A stretch of 64,000 bases of DNA from Candidatus Thorarchaeota archaeon (GCA_020348985.1 CP070761.1:1011713-1075712); one strand, 5' to 3'; positions 39,398 to 49,876 are shown, counted from the stretch's first letter. Made by a program: numbers and translations. The notes: generated from the letters alone by a model not told the origin.

Positions 39398-39526
39398 CTT
39401 GGCAGTCTCCAGTTCTTGTTCGCCATTACTGGGTTCTAAGTGACAGTTTCAGAACCTACAGGTCGCCCAGAAGTTCTACTTATTAGCGTATCTGTCGGTC
39501 ACAATAAAGGAGAGGAGAGGATAACC

Positions 39527-40354
39527 CTACTCCCTCTCTTTCGCCGTGCTTCTAATGAGTTCGCGAATCATTCTTGTGCCGTCGAGAGCCATTCCAAACG
39601 CTTGGTCTACTTGTTCCAAAGTCATTGGTCCGGCACCGCCGCCTTTCTGAATCGCGGTGAAGTTCTCCCCTTCATCAACCGCCATCGTTATTCTGCAGTC
39701 CTGGACCATTTCCTCTTTGAGCACCGGATCAATGATCAGATGATCTTCAATCTTGGCCACGGTTGCTTCAACTGCCAGATTCTTGAGGGGGACGGAAATC
39801 TTGTTTCCAGTGGGAACCGCTTCACCGTTTTCCCATTTGTGCTCGGGAAACTCTGTTGTCAGAAGAGCCGCATTCGCTGCAATTGATGCGCAGTCAATGA
39901 GATTACCATCAAACTCTAGAGCGTAGACATCACAGAAGACCATTTGAACCACCTTTCCGGGTTCAACGCAGAGTTTCTTGACTTCAACTGTCTCCGATTC
40001 GCGGACTCCACGGTCGACGACTCTAGCAAGTTCAATGGCATCTTCCCTCGGAGGACCCAACTCGAACAACGGTGATGCCAGCGGGGGCATTTCTGCCGTC
40101 ACCATGATAACACCCTCGTCGGGCGTATCGGGATAAGGCTCTCCCAAGAGAACCTTAACACCAGCAATCACACTGGTTCCACCCATTCGCACCAGAGCAG
40201 ACCCTTCTGCCTTTGCTGATACAACGTCGTATTCAATCTCGATTGGGCGAAACTCATCATATGCGCGACCGTCGATTCTTTCACCCTGAGCAAGCAAATC
40301 TGCTATGTAGTTTCGATCAATACGACTGATTATCTCAGCGCTGTAGTCACCCAT
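39527..40354 (-). CDS. rrp42: Exosome subunit Rrp42
   Basis: RIDGR..DEFR, AEGSA, PYPDTPDEG, ELARVVDRG.RES. Confidence 0.95.
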   Translation of the reverse strand: MGDYSAEIISRIDRNYIADLLAQGERIDGRAYDEFRPIEIEYDVVSAKAEGSALVRMGGTSVIAGVKVLLGEPYPDTPDEGVIMVTAEMPPLASPLFELGPPREDAIELARVVDRGVRESETVEVKKLCVEPGKVVQMVFCDVYALEFDGNLIDCASIAANAALLTTEFPEHKWENGEAVPTGNKISVPLKNLAVEATVAKIEDHLIIDPVLKEEMVQDCRITMAVDEGENFTAIQKGGGAGPMTLEQVDQAFGMALDGTRMIRELIRSTAKERE

Positions 40355-40356
40355 GA

Positions 40357-41166
40357 TTACTCATCCTCCCCGACTAGGTCGGCTTCTCCAAGGTCTGTCT
40401 CAAGGTCGTCCTCATAGTCGTCGTCTTCTTCTTCTGCAGGAGCTCTTGATGCATATGCCCTCCTAAGAGCTTCCTTCTGGAGCTCGTGAATGTATTTACA
40501 GGCCTGCACTCCCATTTGCATTGCCTCTACAAGCTCCTCGCGAGTGAATGACCCATCCTGTTGAAGGAGAGTAACCTCGTCAGTGGTTGGGATGATTGCC
40601 ATTGGAACGTCACCCTGACCATACTTGTCTTCTTCATCTCCAAGATCCACCACTAGTGTTCCGTCAGCCTTGCCGACTGCAACAGAGGGGACCAGAGAAC
40701 GCATCGGGACTCCTGCATCGGCGAGAGCTAGTGATGCTGCATTTATTGCTGCACATCTTGTACCCCCATCAGCTTGGATGACCTGAATGAAGACATCAAC
40801 AACAGCTTTGGGATAGTCTTCTAGGAAAAGCACGGGTTTGAGTGCATTTGCAATTACCATAGATATCTCTCGCTCTCTTCGAGATGGCGCCGGACGCTTT
40901 CGGTCGGGCACAGAAAATGTTGCCATTCTGTAAACGACTCGTAGAAATGCCCTATCATTCAGTGTCAGATGTCTGGGATGCAGCTCACGTGGGCCATATA
41001 CCGCAGCCATGATGAACGTCTTTCCTTGTTTTATGTATGCTGAACCATCAGCCTGTTGTAGAACACCCACCTTGAACTCAATTGGACGTAGTTCGTCGGG
41101 CCTCCTGCCATCAAACCTTAGTCCTTCAGTACTTATCAAAAAGTCAGGCTTAACCTCTGGACTCAT
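40357..41166 (-). CDS. rrp41: Exosome subunit Rrp41
   Basis: R.DGR.PDELRP, VYGPRE.HP, QADGGTRCA, EED. Confidence 0.95.
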   Translation of the reverse strand: MSPEVKPDFLISTEGLRFDGRRPDELRPIEFKVGVLQQADGSAYIKQGKTFIMAAVYGPRELHPRHLTLNDRAFLRVVYRMATFSVPDRKRPAPSRREREISMVIANALKPVLFLEDYPKAVVDVFIQVIQADGGTRCAAINAASLALADAGVPMRSLVPSVAVGKADGTLVVDLGDEEDKYGQGDVPMAIIPTTDEVTLLQQDGSFTREELVEAMQMGVQACKYIHELQKEALRRAYASRAPAEEEDDDYEDDLETDLGEADLVGEDE

Positions 41167-42053
41167 TCTTCTTTCACTTCCTCCGTATCATTTTCTTTTT
41201 CTCTAATTTCGTCTTCTACACTTGAAGTGGTTTCGTCTCCTGTAGGAGTTTCTTCCTTCTCCACATCTTCTGTGGTGGTCACCTCATCTATTGGAGCCAC
41301 TTCTTCTGAAGCAGCTTCTGTTTCATCCTCAGGAGTTTCAGCCTCCGCCTCATCTTCTGGCAGGATTTCCCCAATTGCTGCAAGTTCTTCATCAATCATG
41401 GCAGCGACACGATCGGTCAGCTTGGAGGTATGGGCTTCGCTCTCAATCATCTTGAATGCTTTCACTGCTATTCTCATGATTGAGCTTCCGGGAGCCTTTA
41501 TCCAAATCCGCCCGTTCTGACCAACAAACGTCTGAATTCTCAGCCGGTCCTTGATCATGTTGATCATGGAACCCCTCCGCCCGATAATCCGGGGTATCTT
41601 CGATGGACTGACTTCGAGGATCATACCATCAGTTAGCTTCCTTAGCCCTCTTCCTTTTATTGTTAGGAATGGGCCACCAGATCTATCAAATGCGATTACC
41701 TCTGCGGCAATGACTTCGCCGATGTCAAAGTAACGCGATATATCCTCGTCATAGGGTCGCCTCAATGCGTTGTTCACATGCAGAGATGCGATGTATGGCC
41801 CCCCTATGTCCACCTTCCAATTGTTGCCAGCCACGACCGTGATTGTGCCAATAACAAAATCTCCCTCGTGAGGGATATAGACTCCCTCTAGGGGTACTAC
41901 TTTGATAGTGTTCCCTCTGAGTTCTGCCAGACCTACCAAGGAGGCGAATATCTTGCCACCTTCATCATAAGTACCGATGGAAGGACGATATCTTCCCTCT
42001 GCGAGCAGTTGCCCGGGAACTACTATTTCTCTTTTCTGAAAGTATACAGCCAA
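41163..42053 (-). CDS. rrp4: Exosome subunit Rrp4
   Basis: IVVPG, YIP..GD.VIG, PRIIG..GSM, GQNGRIW. Confidence 0.95.
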   Translation of the reverse strand: MAVYFQKREIVVPGQLLAEGRYRPSIGTYDEGGKIFASLVGLAELRGNTIKVVPLEGVYIPHEGDFVIGTITVVAGNNWKVDIGGPYIASLHVNNALRRPYDEDISRYFDIGEVIAAEVIAFDRSGGPFLTIKGRGLRKLTDGMILEVSPSKIPRIIGRRGSMINMIKDRLRIQTFVGQNGRIWIKAPGSSIMRIAVKAFKMIESEAHTSKLTDRVAAMIDEELAAIGEILPEDEAEAETPEDETEAASEEVAPIDEVTTTEDVEKEETPTGDETTSSVEDEIREKENDTEEVKEE

Positions 42054-42117
42054 TGTATTCCCTCATTCTATTTTGGTTAGTTTGTTCGATTATCTTAATC
42101 AGCCAAGCATGCATTTT

Positions 42118-42843
42118 CTAGCGTACGGCTTCAATACGGACCTGCCCCTTCGTCAATTTCGAGAGCTCGTCATACAGGCTCTGACGCTGCTGAGCCGGAA
42201 TCTCTACGAGTCCACTCCAAGAGCCATCCTGTCCCCATTCCTCAGTCTTGATGACACCAGTTGTTGCCACCAGATTGTATCCCTTCCCAGTAAACGATGC
42301 TGGGAGTGTTATTCTCAGCTTCACGCTCTCAAATGATATCGGAATGATGACTCGAAGTGCCTTCACGACTTGTGGAACTTGTTCATCTACGCTGATGAAA
42401 GGGTCAACTGTTACCTTGGCCTCGTCAAGTGCTTGCCGTATTCTATCGGGAGGATGTGGATGCCCGGTCTGGGGGTTCATTGCTCTCTTGGCAATCGATT
42501 CTATGATTGCCTCTCTCTTCTCCTCAACAAGCTGCGTTCGCTGTTCATGGGTGAGCCTAAACTCTCCCTGCCTAATTATCTCAGGAGCAATGACAAAGAC
42601 ATCGTCTGAGCCGAAAGTGTCCTTTGCAAGGTCCGCAGAGGCTTTCTCTCCTCTCTTCGCATCCTCGTAAATCTCATAGGACTTGAGAATATCTTCGAGT
42701 GGAATCTCCTCTCCACGTCGGTACTCAAATGCGAGATGAGGATCTACAAAGAGCTCGAAGCGTAAGTGACCTTTCTGAATACCAACAACGACTGCATCCA
42801 GCTCTAGCCACTTGTCACCAGTCTTCCTTCCGGAACCCATCAA
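42118..42843 (-). CDS. Ribosome maturation factor SBDS/Sdo1
   Basis: FELFVDP, NPQT..PHPP.RI, E.W..DGSW. Confidence 0.95.
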   Translation of the reverse strand: MMGSGRKTGDKWLELDAVVVGIQKGHLRFELFVDPHLAFEYRRGEEIPLEDILKSYEIYEDAKRGEKASADLAKDTFGSDDVFVIAPEIIRQGEFRLTHEQRTQLVEEKREAIIESIAKRAMNPQTGHPHPPDRIRQALDEAKVTVDPFISVDEQVPQVVKALRVIIPISFESVKLRITLPASFTGKGYNLVATTGVIKTEEWGQDGSWSGLVEIPAQQRQSLYDELSKLTKGQVRIEAVR

Positions 42844-42870
42844 TTGTAGGCCATCCCCTAATCTGTTGAA

Positions 42871-43611
42871 TTAAGCTGGCGACAATATCTCACGTATCTC
42901 AGAACGACTTAGCTTGTGAAACTTGGATGTGCTCACAGGAACCCGAGCGATTTCGATACTGTCCTCTGTGAGTTCAGCGTCTCTAGACTGACGCAGAGCA
43001 TCCAAAGCGAGAGTCATTGCGTCAGCGAGCTTCATCTTCTTTTTGTAGTGTTTCTCAAGGTATTCCCCAACCGCGACATTCCCTCTGCCAATAACTGCAG
43101 CAAGGAAGCCCCAGTAGGTACCCACGGGATCGGTAACATAGAGCTTCGGTGAACCATCATGGTCCACGGATCCTATAATCATAGCAACCCCATACGGACG
43201 CGCCCCGCCACCCTGAGTGAATTGGGCCTTGACATCACAAATGTAATCGGCCAAGGCCTCCGCTGGCACTTGTTCCTCAAAGGTCAGCCAATAAGACTGA
43301 GCCTTGACTCTGGCATCTGCAATCAGTCTTCGGGCATCAGCCATGAATCCTGATGTTGCAACTCCAACGTGATCATCAATCCTTGATATCTTCTCAATGC
43401 TATCGGGTTCATGCAAAGGTAGTGTCTTCTTCCTTGCGAGAAGAACCACTCCCTCGTCAACTAGCACTCCGATTGCCGTTTCGCCCTGCTCAACTGCCTT
43501 CTTGGCATACTCTGCGGCGAAGATTCGACCGTCTGGACTGAATATGCCTGTGCTAGTATCGTAGCCGGTACCACTGATTCCGAAGATATCAATTTCCTCC
43601 AAGTAGTCCAA
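42871..43611 (-). CDS. psmA: Proteasome alpha subunit
   Basis: GYD....FSPDGR, EYA..AV..G, SG..ADAR, GG.RPYGV; start ambiguous (TTG 43611 or 43602, or ATC 43587). Confidence 0.95.
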   Translation of the reverse strand: MDYLEEIDIFGISGTGYDTSTGIFSPDGRIFAAEYAKKAVEQGETAIGVLVDEGVVLLARKKTLPLHEPDSIEKISRIDDHVGVATSGFMADARRLIADARVKAQSYWLTFEEQVPAEALADYICDVKAQFTQGGGARPYGVAMIIGSVDHDGSPKLYVTDPVGTYWGFLAAVIGRGNVAVGEYLEKHYKKKMKLADAMTLALDALRQSRDAELTEDSIEIARVPVSTSKFHKLSRSEIREILSPA

Positions 43612-43615
43612 TATA

Positions 43616-43731
43616 CAACAAACAGGAAGTCAGAACCTGGATATGGGGCGAAGCCTGACAATTCCCGTTGGTTGATGTAAGACTTGTTTGATTTCGCCAG
43701 CCCTCGGCTTATCTGCCACTAGGCTCAAGTC
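43616..43731 (-). other. Two predicted stem-loops in the leader of the psmA-exosome operon
   Basis: GACTTG/CAAGTC stem enclosing AGCC/GGCT; long hairpin CAACCAACGGGAA..GTCAGG / TCTGAC..TTCCTGTTTGTTG. Confidence 0.45.
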
Positions 43732-43799
43732 GCTATCACTGGTTAAGCCACATAAAGCTTCTGGTGAGCATCAACATCAAAACGGCTTGGAGTGGACGC

Positions 43800-44192
43800 T
43801 CAATCTTGTAGCAAGTAGAGATAGACCACAAATCCAAATGAGAAGACAGTTGAGAAGATCCCCACCCACTGTCCAAACATCAACCATGAAACGACGAGAA
43901 CCACAATGAGCATGCCAATGATCTCAGTCCATCCGGCCCTGACTTTAGAGAGATAGAGGCGGAAATTGACGACTGTGACTGTTGCAAATACGAAGAACAA
44001 GAACATCAGGAGGATCTCAATAATCGGAACGAGTGTTTCGTTTATATCATTGAGGACTGTGACCGGAGTTGTAATACCTGGAGACGACCATGCCCAGAAG
44101 AGAAGCCCAAGAACTAGAAATATGGACATCAGGGTGACAGTGATGATGCTTGAACGAACTATCTTATTTCTGTCTGGAATCTCAACGCTCAT
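43800..44192 (-). CDS. Hypothetical membrane protein (4 TM)
   Basis: Hydrophobic helices. Confidence 0.7.
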   Translation of the reverse strand: MSVEIPDRNKIVRSSIITVTLMSIFLVLGLLFWAWSSPGITTPVTVLNDINETLVPIIEILLMFLFFVFATVTVVNFRLYLSKVRAGWTEIIGMLIVVLVVSWLMFGQWVGIFSTVFSFGFVVYLYLLQD

Positions 44193-44296
44193 CGATGGTC
44201 ACTCCGTATTGGACTTCGGGCATCTCTGGTTCCCTCTTAAAGGTAGCGAAGCCTTTAGGAAAGTATGGCATGAAGTAGATGCAGGAGAATCGTTTA

Positions 44297-45241
44297 CTAG
44301 TGGTTATGCCCAGAGTGATCATCTGGGACCACAACACCCTCAAAGGTTGCTGGTATGGTCTCTTCCTTATCAGCTTCAAACAACTTCTGGTCCCTTGCTC
44401 TCTCACGAATCCTTCGAACTTGAAGCGCCACAACGTACGAGAAGGCAGCAATTAGTCCGGCAATCGCGCTTGGTGATACTGCAATCGCAAAAGAGATCAT
44501 GATTCCGATTACTTGGGCAAACAGCGCGATAGAAAAGACTGCGACCATTACTCCCGTCACAGATTTCACAAGCTCATTGGATGCTGCAGCCGGAGCCACA
44601 AGAATCGCATAAACGAGAATAGCACCAACAGCCTTGGTAGCTAGAGCTATAGCTATTGCAGAAACAACAAGCATGACATAGTGATACGCCCGGGCGTTCA
44701 TACCGTGTGCAATTGCTCCCTCATAGTCTACGCTTACGTAGACGAACTCCTTGTTGAGCATGAGAATCACAGCAACAACAAGTGTGGTGGTTATGACGAG
44801 GAGAACAACGTCTTGATTTGTGAGTAGTAGTATGTCGCCAACAAGATAGCCCCAAAGAACGAGTACTTTGTCTGACGGGATATAGTACATCAAGAAGACT
44901 GCAAGGCTCATGGAAAGAGCAAATGAGACCCCCACCGCCACCTCCATCTTCTGGGCAATCCCCGACTCCCCAGCATATCCAGTCATTACGGCGACTAGAA
45001 CTGCAAACAGCACAGCACCTAAGACCGGATCAAACCATGGAAAGAAACCGGTCTCCTGAAGGAAGAACCCTAGCGCGGCCCCTCCCAATGCGGCATGTGC
45101 CACCCCAGAAGCCATGAAAGACAATCCGCGAAATACAAGGAACGTGCCACTTGTTGACGCGATCATAGCAATCAGAATAGCAGCAATCAGTGCTCGCACT
45201 ATGAATGGTGTGCCGAAAATAAGCTGAAGCAAATCAATCAT
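44297..45241 (-). CDS. znuB: Zn/Mn ABC transporter permease
   Basis: GTFLVFR.LS....VAHAAL.G, YL.GDIL, VGAILV; His-rich tail. Confidence 0.9.
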   Translation of the reverse strand: MIDLLQLIFGTPFIVRALIAAILIAMIASTSGTFLVFRGLSFMASGVAHAALGGAALGFFLQETGFFPWFDPVLGAVLFAVLVAVMTGYAGESGIAQKMEVAVGVSFALSMSLAVFLMYYIPSDKVLVLWGYLVGDILLLTNQDVVLLVITTTLVVAVILMLNKEFVYVSVDYEGAIAHGMNARAYHYVMLVVSAIAIALATKAVGAILVYAILVAPAAASNELVKSVTGVMVAVFSIALFAQVIGIMISFAIAVSPSAIAGLIAAFSYVVALQVRRIRERARDQKLFEADKEETIPATFEGVVVPDDHSGHNH

Positions 45242-46052
45242 GGCGGTCTACTCCTGAATCTGGAGTTATGCAGTATCTGTGTCCAGCATATTCGACTACT
45301 TCAGCGGCGGGACCATAGACTCTCTTAATCAGTTCAGGATCCATCACGTCACAGGGTGTACCAATCCCGACTAGAGTGTTCCTCAGCAGAAGGACATGTT
45401 TGACGAAGACGTGGATTGGATTCAGATCGTGTGTGACCATGATTATGGATACATCAAAATCACGTTGATACTCACCAAGTGCTTCCACTATCATTTTTTG
45501 GCTCTCGGCATCGGTACCTGCAAGAGGCTCGTCAAGGACTAAGATCTGTCCTTCTCCTGCAAGGGCCCTCGCAACAAGGACTCTTTGTCTCTGACCACCT
45601 GAAAGCTCCGGAAAGGGACGATCCCAAAGGTCTATCATGTCTACCCTCTTGAGTGCCGACTTGCCGACTTCTCGGTCTTTTCCCGACACAAATCTCGGGG
45701 GAGGTTTCTTCATGAGGCGGCCCATCAACACAATGTCTTTCACTCTCATAGGCACAGTAAGCTCGATATGATCTCTCTGGGGCACGTACCTGATGAGTCT
45801 CTGAATCGTCTTGCTATCCTTGACCGAATCGTGGCCAAGGACTCTGACAAACCCATGAACTGGCTTCATGAGCCCCAGAATCGTTTTGATGAGTGTGCTC
45901 TTGCCCGAACCGTTTGGGCCGATTATGGCGGTGAAGCTTGGGGCATCAATTGAGAAAGTCATGTCATGAAGCGCAAGCTCTCCGTTAGGATACTTGACTG
46001 CAAGGTCCTGTGCCTCCAAGAGAGGCACAGCTAACTGCTCTTCGGTAGTCAT
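45234..46052 (-). CDS. znuC: Zn/Mn ABC transporter ATPase
   Basis: GPNGSGKST, YVPQ, LSGGQRQR, LDEP, VTHD. Confidence 0.9.
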   Translation of the reverse strand: MTTEEQLAVPLLEAQDLAVKYPNGELALHDMTFSIDAPSFTAIIGPNGSGKSTLIKTILGLMKPVHGFVRVLGHDSVKDSKTIQRLIRYVPQRDHIELTVPMRVKDIVLMGRLMKKPPPRFVSGKDREVGKSALKRVDMIDLWDRPFPELSGGQRQRVLVARALAGEGQILVLDEPLAGTDAESQKMIVEALGEYQRDFDVSIIMVTHDLNPIHVFVKHVLLLRNTLVGIGTPCDVMDPELIKRVYGPAAEVVEYAGHRYCITPDSGVDRHD

Positions 46053-46150
46053 ACGACTTTGCCTCCGCGCCTTGTGGTGCAAAGAGGCTTATCATAGTCT
46101 TAATAATCCAATGCTTTGCACCAGAAACCAGGACGAATCCTCTTGCGTCT

Positions 46151-47242
46151 ATGGTGGGAAATATGCGTACTTGGCGCAAATCCAGATTGGTATTCTTGCT
46201 TCTCCTGGTATTCTCGATGATAGTGTCTGGTGGAGTCTCGGTCACAGAAGGCAGAATGCAGACAGGAATCAGCATTGCTGTCACGATAGCACCACTTGAA
46301 GGAATTGTGAGAAGTGTTGGAGGTGCCAATATTGAAACTACAGTGCTTCTCACTGAAGGAGTCGAGCCCCACGCATTCAGTGTTGATCCGAGTGTCATAT
46401 CCGCAGCGCAGGATGCCGATTTGCTGGTCCTGACCGGACACTTTCACTGGGAGGAAGACCTGATCGAGGCAGTTTCTACCGCATTCATAACGATGGACGA
46501 TGAACGTGCATTGGCGAGCTATGAGGAATATGGCGCCGCATTATCAGAAATGCCCGGAAGTCGTGAAGCAGAAGCTACACCAAGTCAACATAATCATGAA
46601 GAAGGTAATCCTCATTCTTGGTGGCTACTTCCAAGGAATGCAATAGCTGTAGCAAATACAACTCGCGTTGCTCTAAACACATTGAATGGTTCATTATCCG
46701 ACTTCTGGACCGCTAATTTCAATGAGTTTGTTGCTGAGATAGACTCACTACAGAGTCTAGTTGAATCACAAGATGAGGTCTACGGTTTCTCAGATATGCA
46801 TGCTATCGTTGTGTTCCCTGCAGAGGCTTACGTCGCCGAGGCATTTGGAATCGAAGTTGAGGCAGTGCTCATGGAGGGGGGTCTCACTATATCAGGTGGA
46901 GAGCTGCTCCAGGTTCAAGAAACACTCCGAAATGGTTCTGTGCAGTTGATCTTAGGCTCTGATGTTGCAAGACTGCAAGCGGGCGGAGAATTCGCAGAGC
47001 AGCTGGTTCAGGACTACGGAGGCACTCTAATCTGGTGGAGAGCAGTGTTCTTCTCTGGTCTCAATGACTATCTTTCACTGATGACCTACAACTTAGGAGC
47101 TCTTACATCAGGTCTTGATGATCGAGGTTCCAATGAATATGATTCCTCGCTGATTCTGCTCTTTGGCGGACTGGCCGGTGTTCTAGGTATCATTGTGCTT
47201 GTTGAGACTATTTTGCTAGTACGGAGATCGCGATCGGACTAG
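46151..47242 (+). CDS. znuA: Zn/Mn ABC substrate-binding protein with C-terminal TM anchor
   Basis: GVEPH, ADLLV..G, HNHEEGNPHSW. Confidence 0.88.
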   Translation: MVGNMRTWRKSRLVFLLLLVFSMIVSGGVSVTEGRMQTGISIAVTIAPLEGIVRSVGGANIETTVLLTEGVEPHAFSVDPSVISAAQDADLLVLTGHFHWEEDLIEAVSTAFITMDDERALASYEEYGAALSEMPGSREAEATPSQHNHEEGNPHSWWLLPRNAIAVANTTRVALNTLNGSLSDFWTANFNEFVAEIDSLQSLVESQDEVYGFSDMHAIVVFPAEAYVAEAFGIEVEAVLMEGGLTISGGELLQVQETLRNGSVQLILGSDVARLQAGGEFAEQLVQDYGGTLIWWRAVFFSGLNDYLSLMTYNLGALTSGLDDRGSNEYDSSLILLFGGLAGVLGIIVLVETILLVRRSRSD

Positions 47243-47254
47243 TCTGAAGTAACA

Positions 47255-47584
47255 CTATCTTTCAATCTTGGTTCCAAGACGTAAATTGTACACTTCAAAT
47301 TCCAGATCTGCCAATTCATCTTGAAGAACTCGATACCTCTCATCGAATTCGGATTGGCCGATAGTTCCCGACTTCTTCTCAATCACAAGGGCCTTGAGCG
47401 CTTTCTGGCGTTCTTTGATCTGCTTCTTGAGCTGCTCCCATTTGCCTTTATTCTCAGAAACCGCTGCATCCCAACTTCGACTTGATGTTTCGTCTTGGTC
47501 TAGCTTGTCCACAACTTCGTCAAGTGATTCCTTAATACGTTCGGGATCAACATCGCGCTCTTTCTCTTCACTCATGAAGCTCAC
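47255..47584 (-). CDS. Hypothetical coiled-coil protein
   Basis: Charged, helical ORF. Confidence 0.65.
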   Translation of the reverse strand: MSFMSEEKERDVDPERIKESLDEVVDKLDQDETSSRSWDAAVSENKGKWEQLKKQIKERQKALKALVIEKKSGTIGQSEFDERYRVLQDELADLEFEVYNLRLGTKIER

Positions 47585-47640
47585 ATCCTACTGATTCCTG
47601 AGTCAGGTTATATGCATTGAGTTAGCACAGACAGTTGTAG

Positions 47641-48585
47641 CTAGATCAGAATGAGAATGAGCGGGATGAATGGCACAAGGGGAAGAATTAGCAGAGTGCC
47701 AACGGTCACGATTGTTGCAGCTGCTTCCACATCCAAGCGGAATCCGCCAGCGAAGATGACAGTTAAAACAGCTGGAGGCATCATCGCTTCAAGAAGAAGG
47801 ACATCAAGCGTTGTTCCTGAGATTGCTACTAGCTGTAGCAACAACAGAGTGACTATTGGTACTGCGACTTGTCTTATGGAGAATACCTGAAGGGCTAACC
47901 GCAAGTCACTGATTGCGAATCTAGAACCAAGTCCAAGGCCGACCACAAAGAGAGCCAAGTAGGTAGTTGCCAGGCCATTGAATGACAGTATTGGTGCAAT
48001 AACTCCAGGGATGGTAAGCCCAAGAGGAAAGATGACAAGAGCCAAGATGACGGACAAGAATGGAGGCGAGACTATTGTCTTCCTGGCAATTGGAATGATG
48101 CCATCATCTGAGCTTCCGTACGCAGAACCCAAGAAGGACCCTAGCGTTGCAAGTAGAATCATCTGTGTTATCGAAAAGAATGCAACAATAGGTACACCAC
48201 TTTCGCCAATGAACATCAGAATGAGTGGCAACGGCAAGAAGAGCGCATTGTTGAATGTCACACAAAGAAGCAGTGTCCCCGTTGTCTTATCGTCCAGCGT
48301 GCTTCTCTTCAGCCAAACCCACATCAGGGCGAATCCACTCAGGTGAACGAAAAGGGCAATCACAATCACTGAGGGTGTTTCAGCGATTGATTGTGTCGAT
48401 GCAGATAGGACTGTCTGAAAGATTAGTAGCGGAACCATGATGTTGAAAATCAGACTCGTGATGTACTTGTTCAGAGAGTCAGCGCCTTGATATGCTCTGG
48501 AAGTAACGTATCCTAGGACTATGACGACGTAGAACAATCCTATGCTCATTAGTAGCTCATTCGGCGTCTGCATTGGGACATCCAC
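47641..48585 (-). CDS. AEC (auxin efflux carrier/membrane transport) family transporter
   Basis: About 10 TM; FNNALFLPLP, SPP, EAMMPPA. Confidence 0.85.
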   Translation of the reverse strand: MDVPMQTPNELLMSIGLFYVVIVLGYVTSRAYQGADSLNKYITSLIFNIMVPLLIFQTVLSASTQSIAETPSVIVIALFVHLSGFALMWVWLKRSTLDDKTTGTLLLCVTFNNALFLPLPLILMFIGESGVPIVAFFSITQMILLATLGSFLGSAYGSSDDGIIPIARKTIVSPPFLSVILALVIFPLGLTIPGVIAPILSFNGLATTYLALFVVGLGLGSRFAISDLRLALQVFSIRQVAVPIVTLLLLQLVAISGTTLDVLLLEAMMPPAVLTVIFAGGFRLDVEAAATIVTVGTLLILPLVPFIPLILILI

Positions 48586-48704
48586 GGCTTCCTGAGAGGC
48601 ACCCCCGTATGAACCTGACGGATGGCATCTATTCCGTATGATTTATCTATAGTTAATCTGTCTTGTCGTTTTGGGAGAATACGTTGTCTGTACAAGAAGA
48701 GAGA

Positions 48705-49790
48705 ATGCCAACGACTGAACCTACTAGTCAATCTGACAACGAATCGCATTCTCAAAGGGCATACTACGCATGGATTGGCGCAATTCTCTTTGCGATTGGG
48801 TTCACGGTTTTAATATCCGGATTAAGTCCAAGTCTGGGCCGCTTTCCACACCTTCCTGATCAAGGTCCCGAATGGTACTATTGGAAGCTGCCAACTGGAA
48901 TTCCTCTTGACCAGGTGATTGTCTGGACCTTCTACCTGGTACACCAATTCGCTCTTTGGGGAGCCATCTATTGGGCCCAGAAGAATCTCAAAGATGTCAT
49001 TGTACGAAGAAACAGTGGACTGACTCGCTACAACTATGCAGCATTCAGCATCAACACTATCTTCATTGCTCTTCATCTAGTTCAGACTCACATCTGGTAT
49101 GATGGGCTTGCACAGACTGTGCCGATTTGGACAAGCCAGGGTTCAGTAATCGTCATGTTGGTTTTCATCCTGATAATAGAGCATCCACGGAGAGGGCTGT
49201 TCCTGGGGAGAAAGATTAACAGGCCTATCAGTGCTCAAGTCTCTGGATTCTTCAGAAGAAACCACTCCTACGTATTCTCCTGGGCAGTGGTATACACATT
49301 CTGGTTCCATCCAATGGATGGTGATGCACAGCTTCTTTCTGGATTCTTCTACATGTTCTTGCTCTTTACCCAGATCAATCTGGCATATACCAAGATCCAT
49401 CTCGACCGAAGATGGATAATCTCGTTGGAGAGCTTCGTTGCAGTACATGCCCTCGTTGTGGCCTACTTCAACACTGTAGTCCACGGAAGCCCTGACATGT
49501 GGCCAATGTTCCTCAGCGGTTTCGTGTTTATGTTTGTGTTCACATACATCTATGCTCTTGACGTGAAGAGAGAGGTGTACGCGGCAGTGACAATCCTTTA
49601 CATTCTCTTCATTACTTGGATCTACCTGCCTGCACCGTTCGGGTATGGAAGGTCTCTGTTGAATCTATTTCGCCTGGAGATGTTATGGATTCCAATAATC
49701 CTGTATGGTCTCGCTATCGTCATAGCAGGTGCTACCTCTCTATACATCAAGAGGGTCAAACCGAGTACTCAACCAGAGAATGGCAATTAA
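48705..49790 (+). CDS. Conserved hypothetical polytopic membrane protein
   Basis: About 9 TM with His-containing motifs LHLVQTH.WYDGLA and FWFHPM. Confidence 0.75.
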   Translation: MPTTEPTSQSDNESHSQRAYYAWIGAILFAIGFTVLISGLSPSLGRFPHLPDQGPEWYYWKLPTGIPLDQVIVWTFYLVHQFALWGAIYWAQKNLKDVIVRRNSGLTRYNYAAFSINTIFIALHLVQTHIWYDGLAQTVPIWTSQGSVIVMLVFILIIEHPRRGLFLGRKINRPISAQVSGFFRRNHSYVFSWAVVYTFWFHPMDGDAQLLSGFFYMFLLFTQINLAYTKIHLDRRWIISLESFVAVHALVVAYFNTVVHGSPDMWPMFLSGFVFMFVFTYIYALDVKREVYAAVTILYILFITWIYLPAPFGYGRSLLNLFRLEMLWIPIILYGLAIVIAGATSLYIKRVKPSTQPENGN

Positions 49791-49876
49791 GAAATTCGCA
49801 TTGTCAAAGCACTCTTGATCTTTGGAGAGAGGCTCCGCCGTGTCTATGTCAGAAGAATTATAATGCAAACTAGGAT

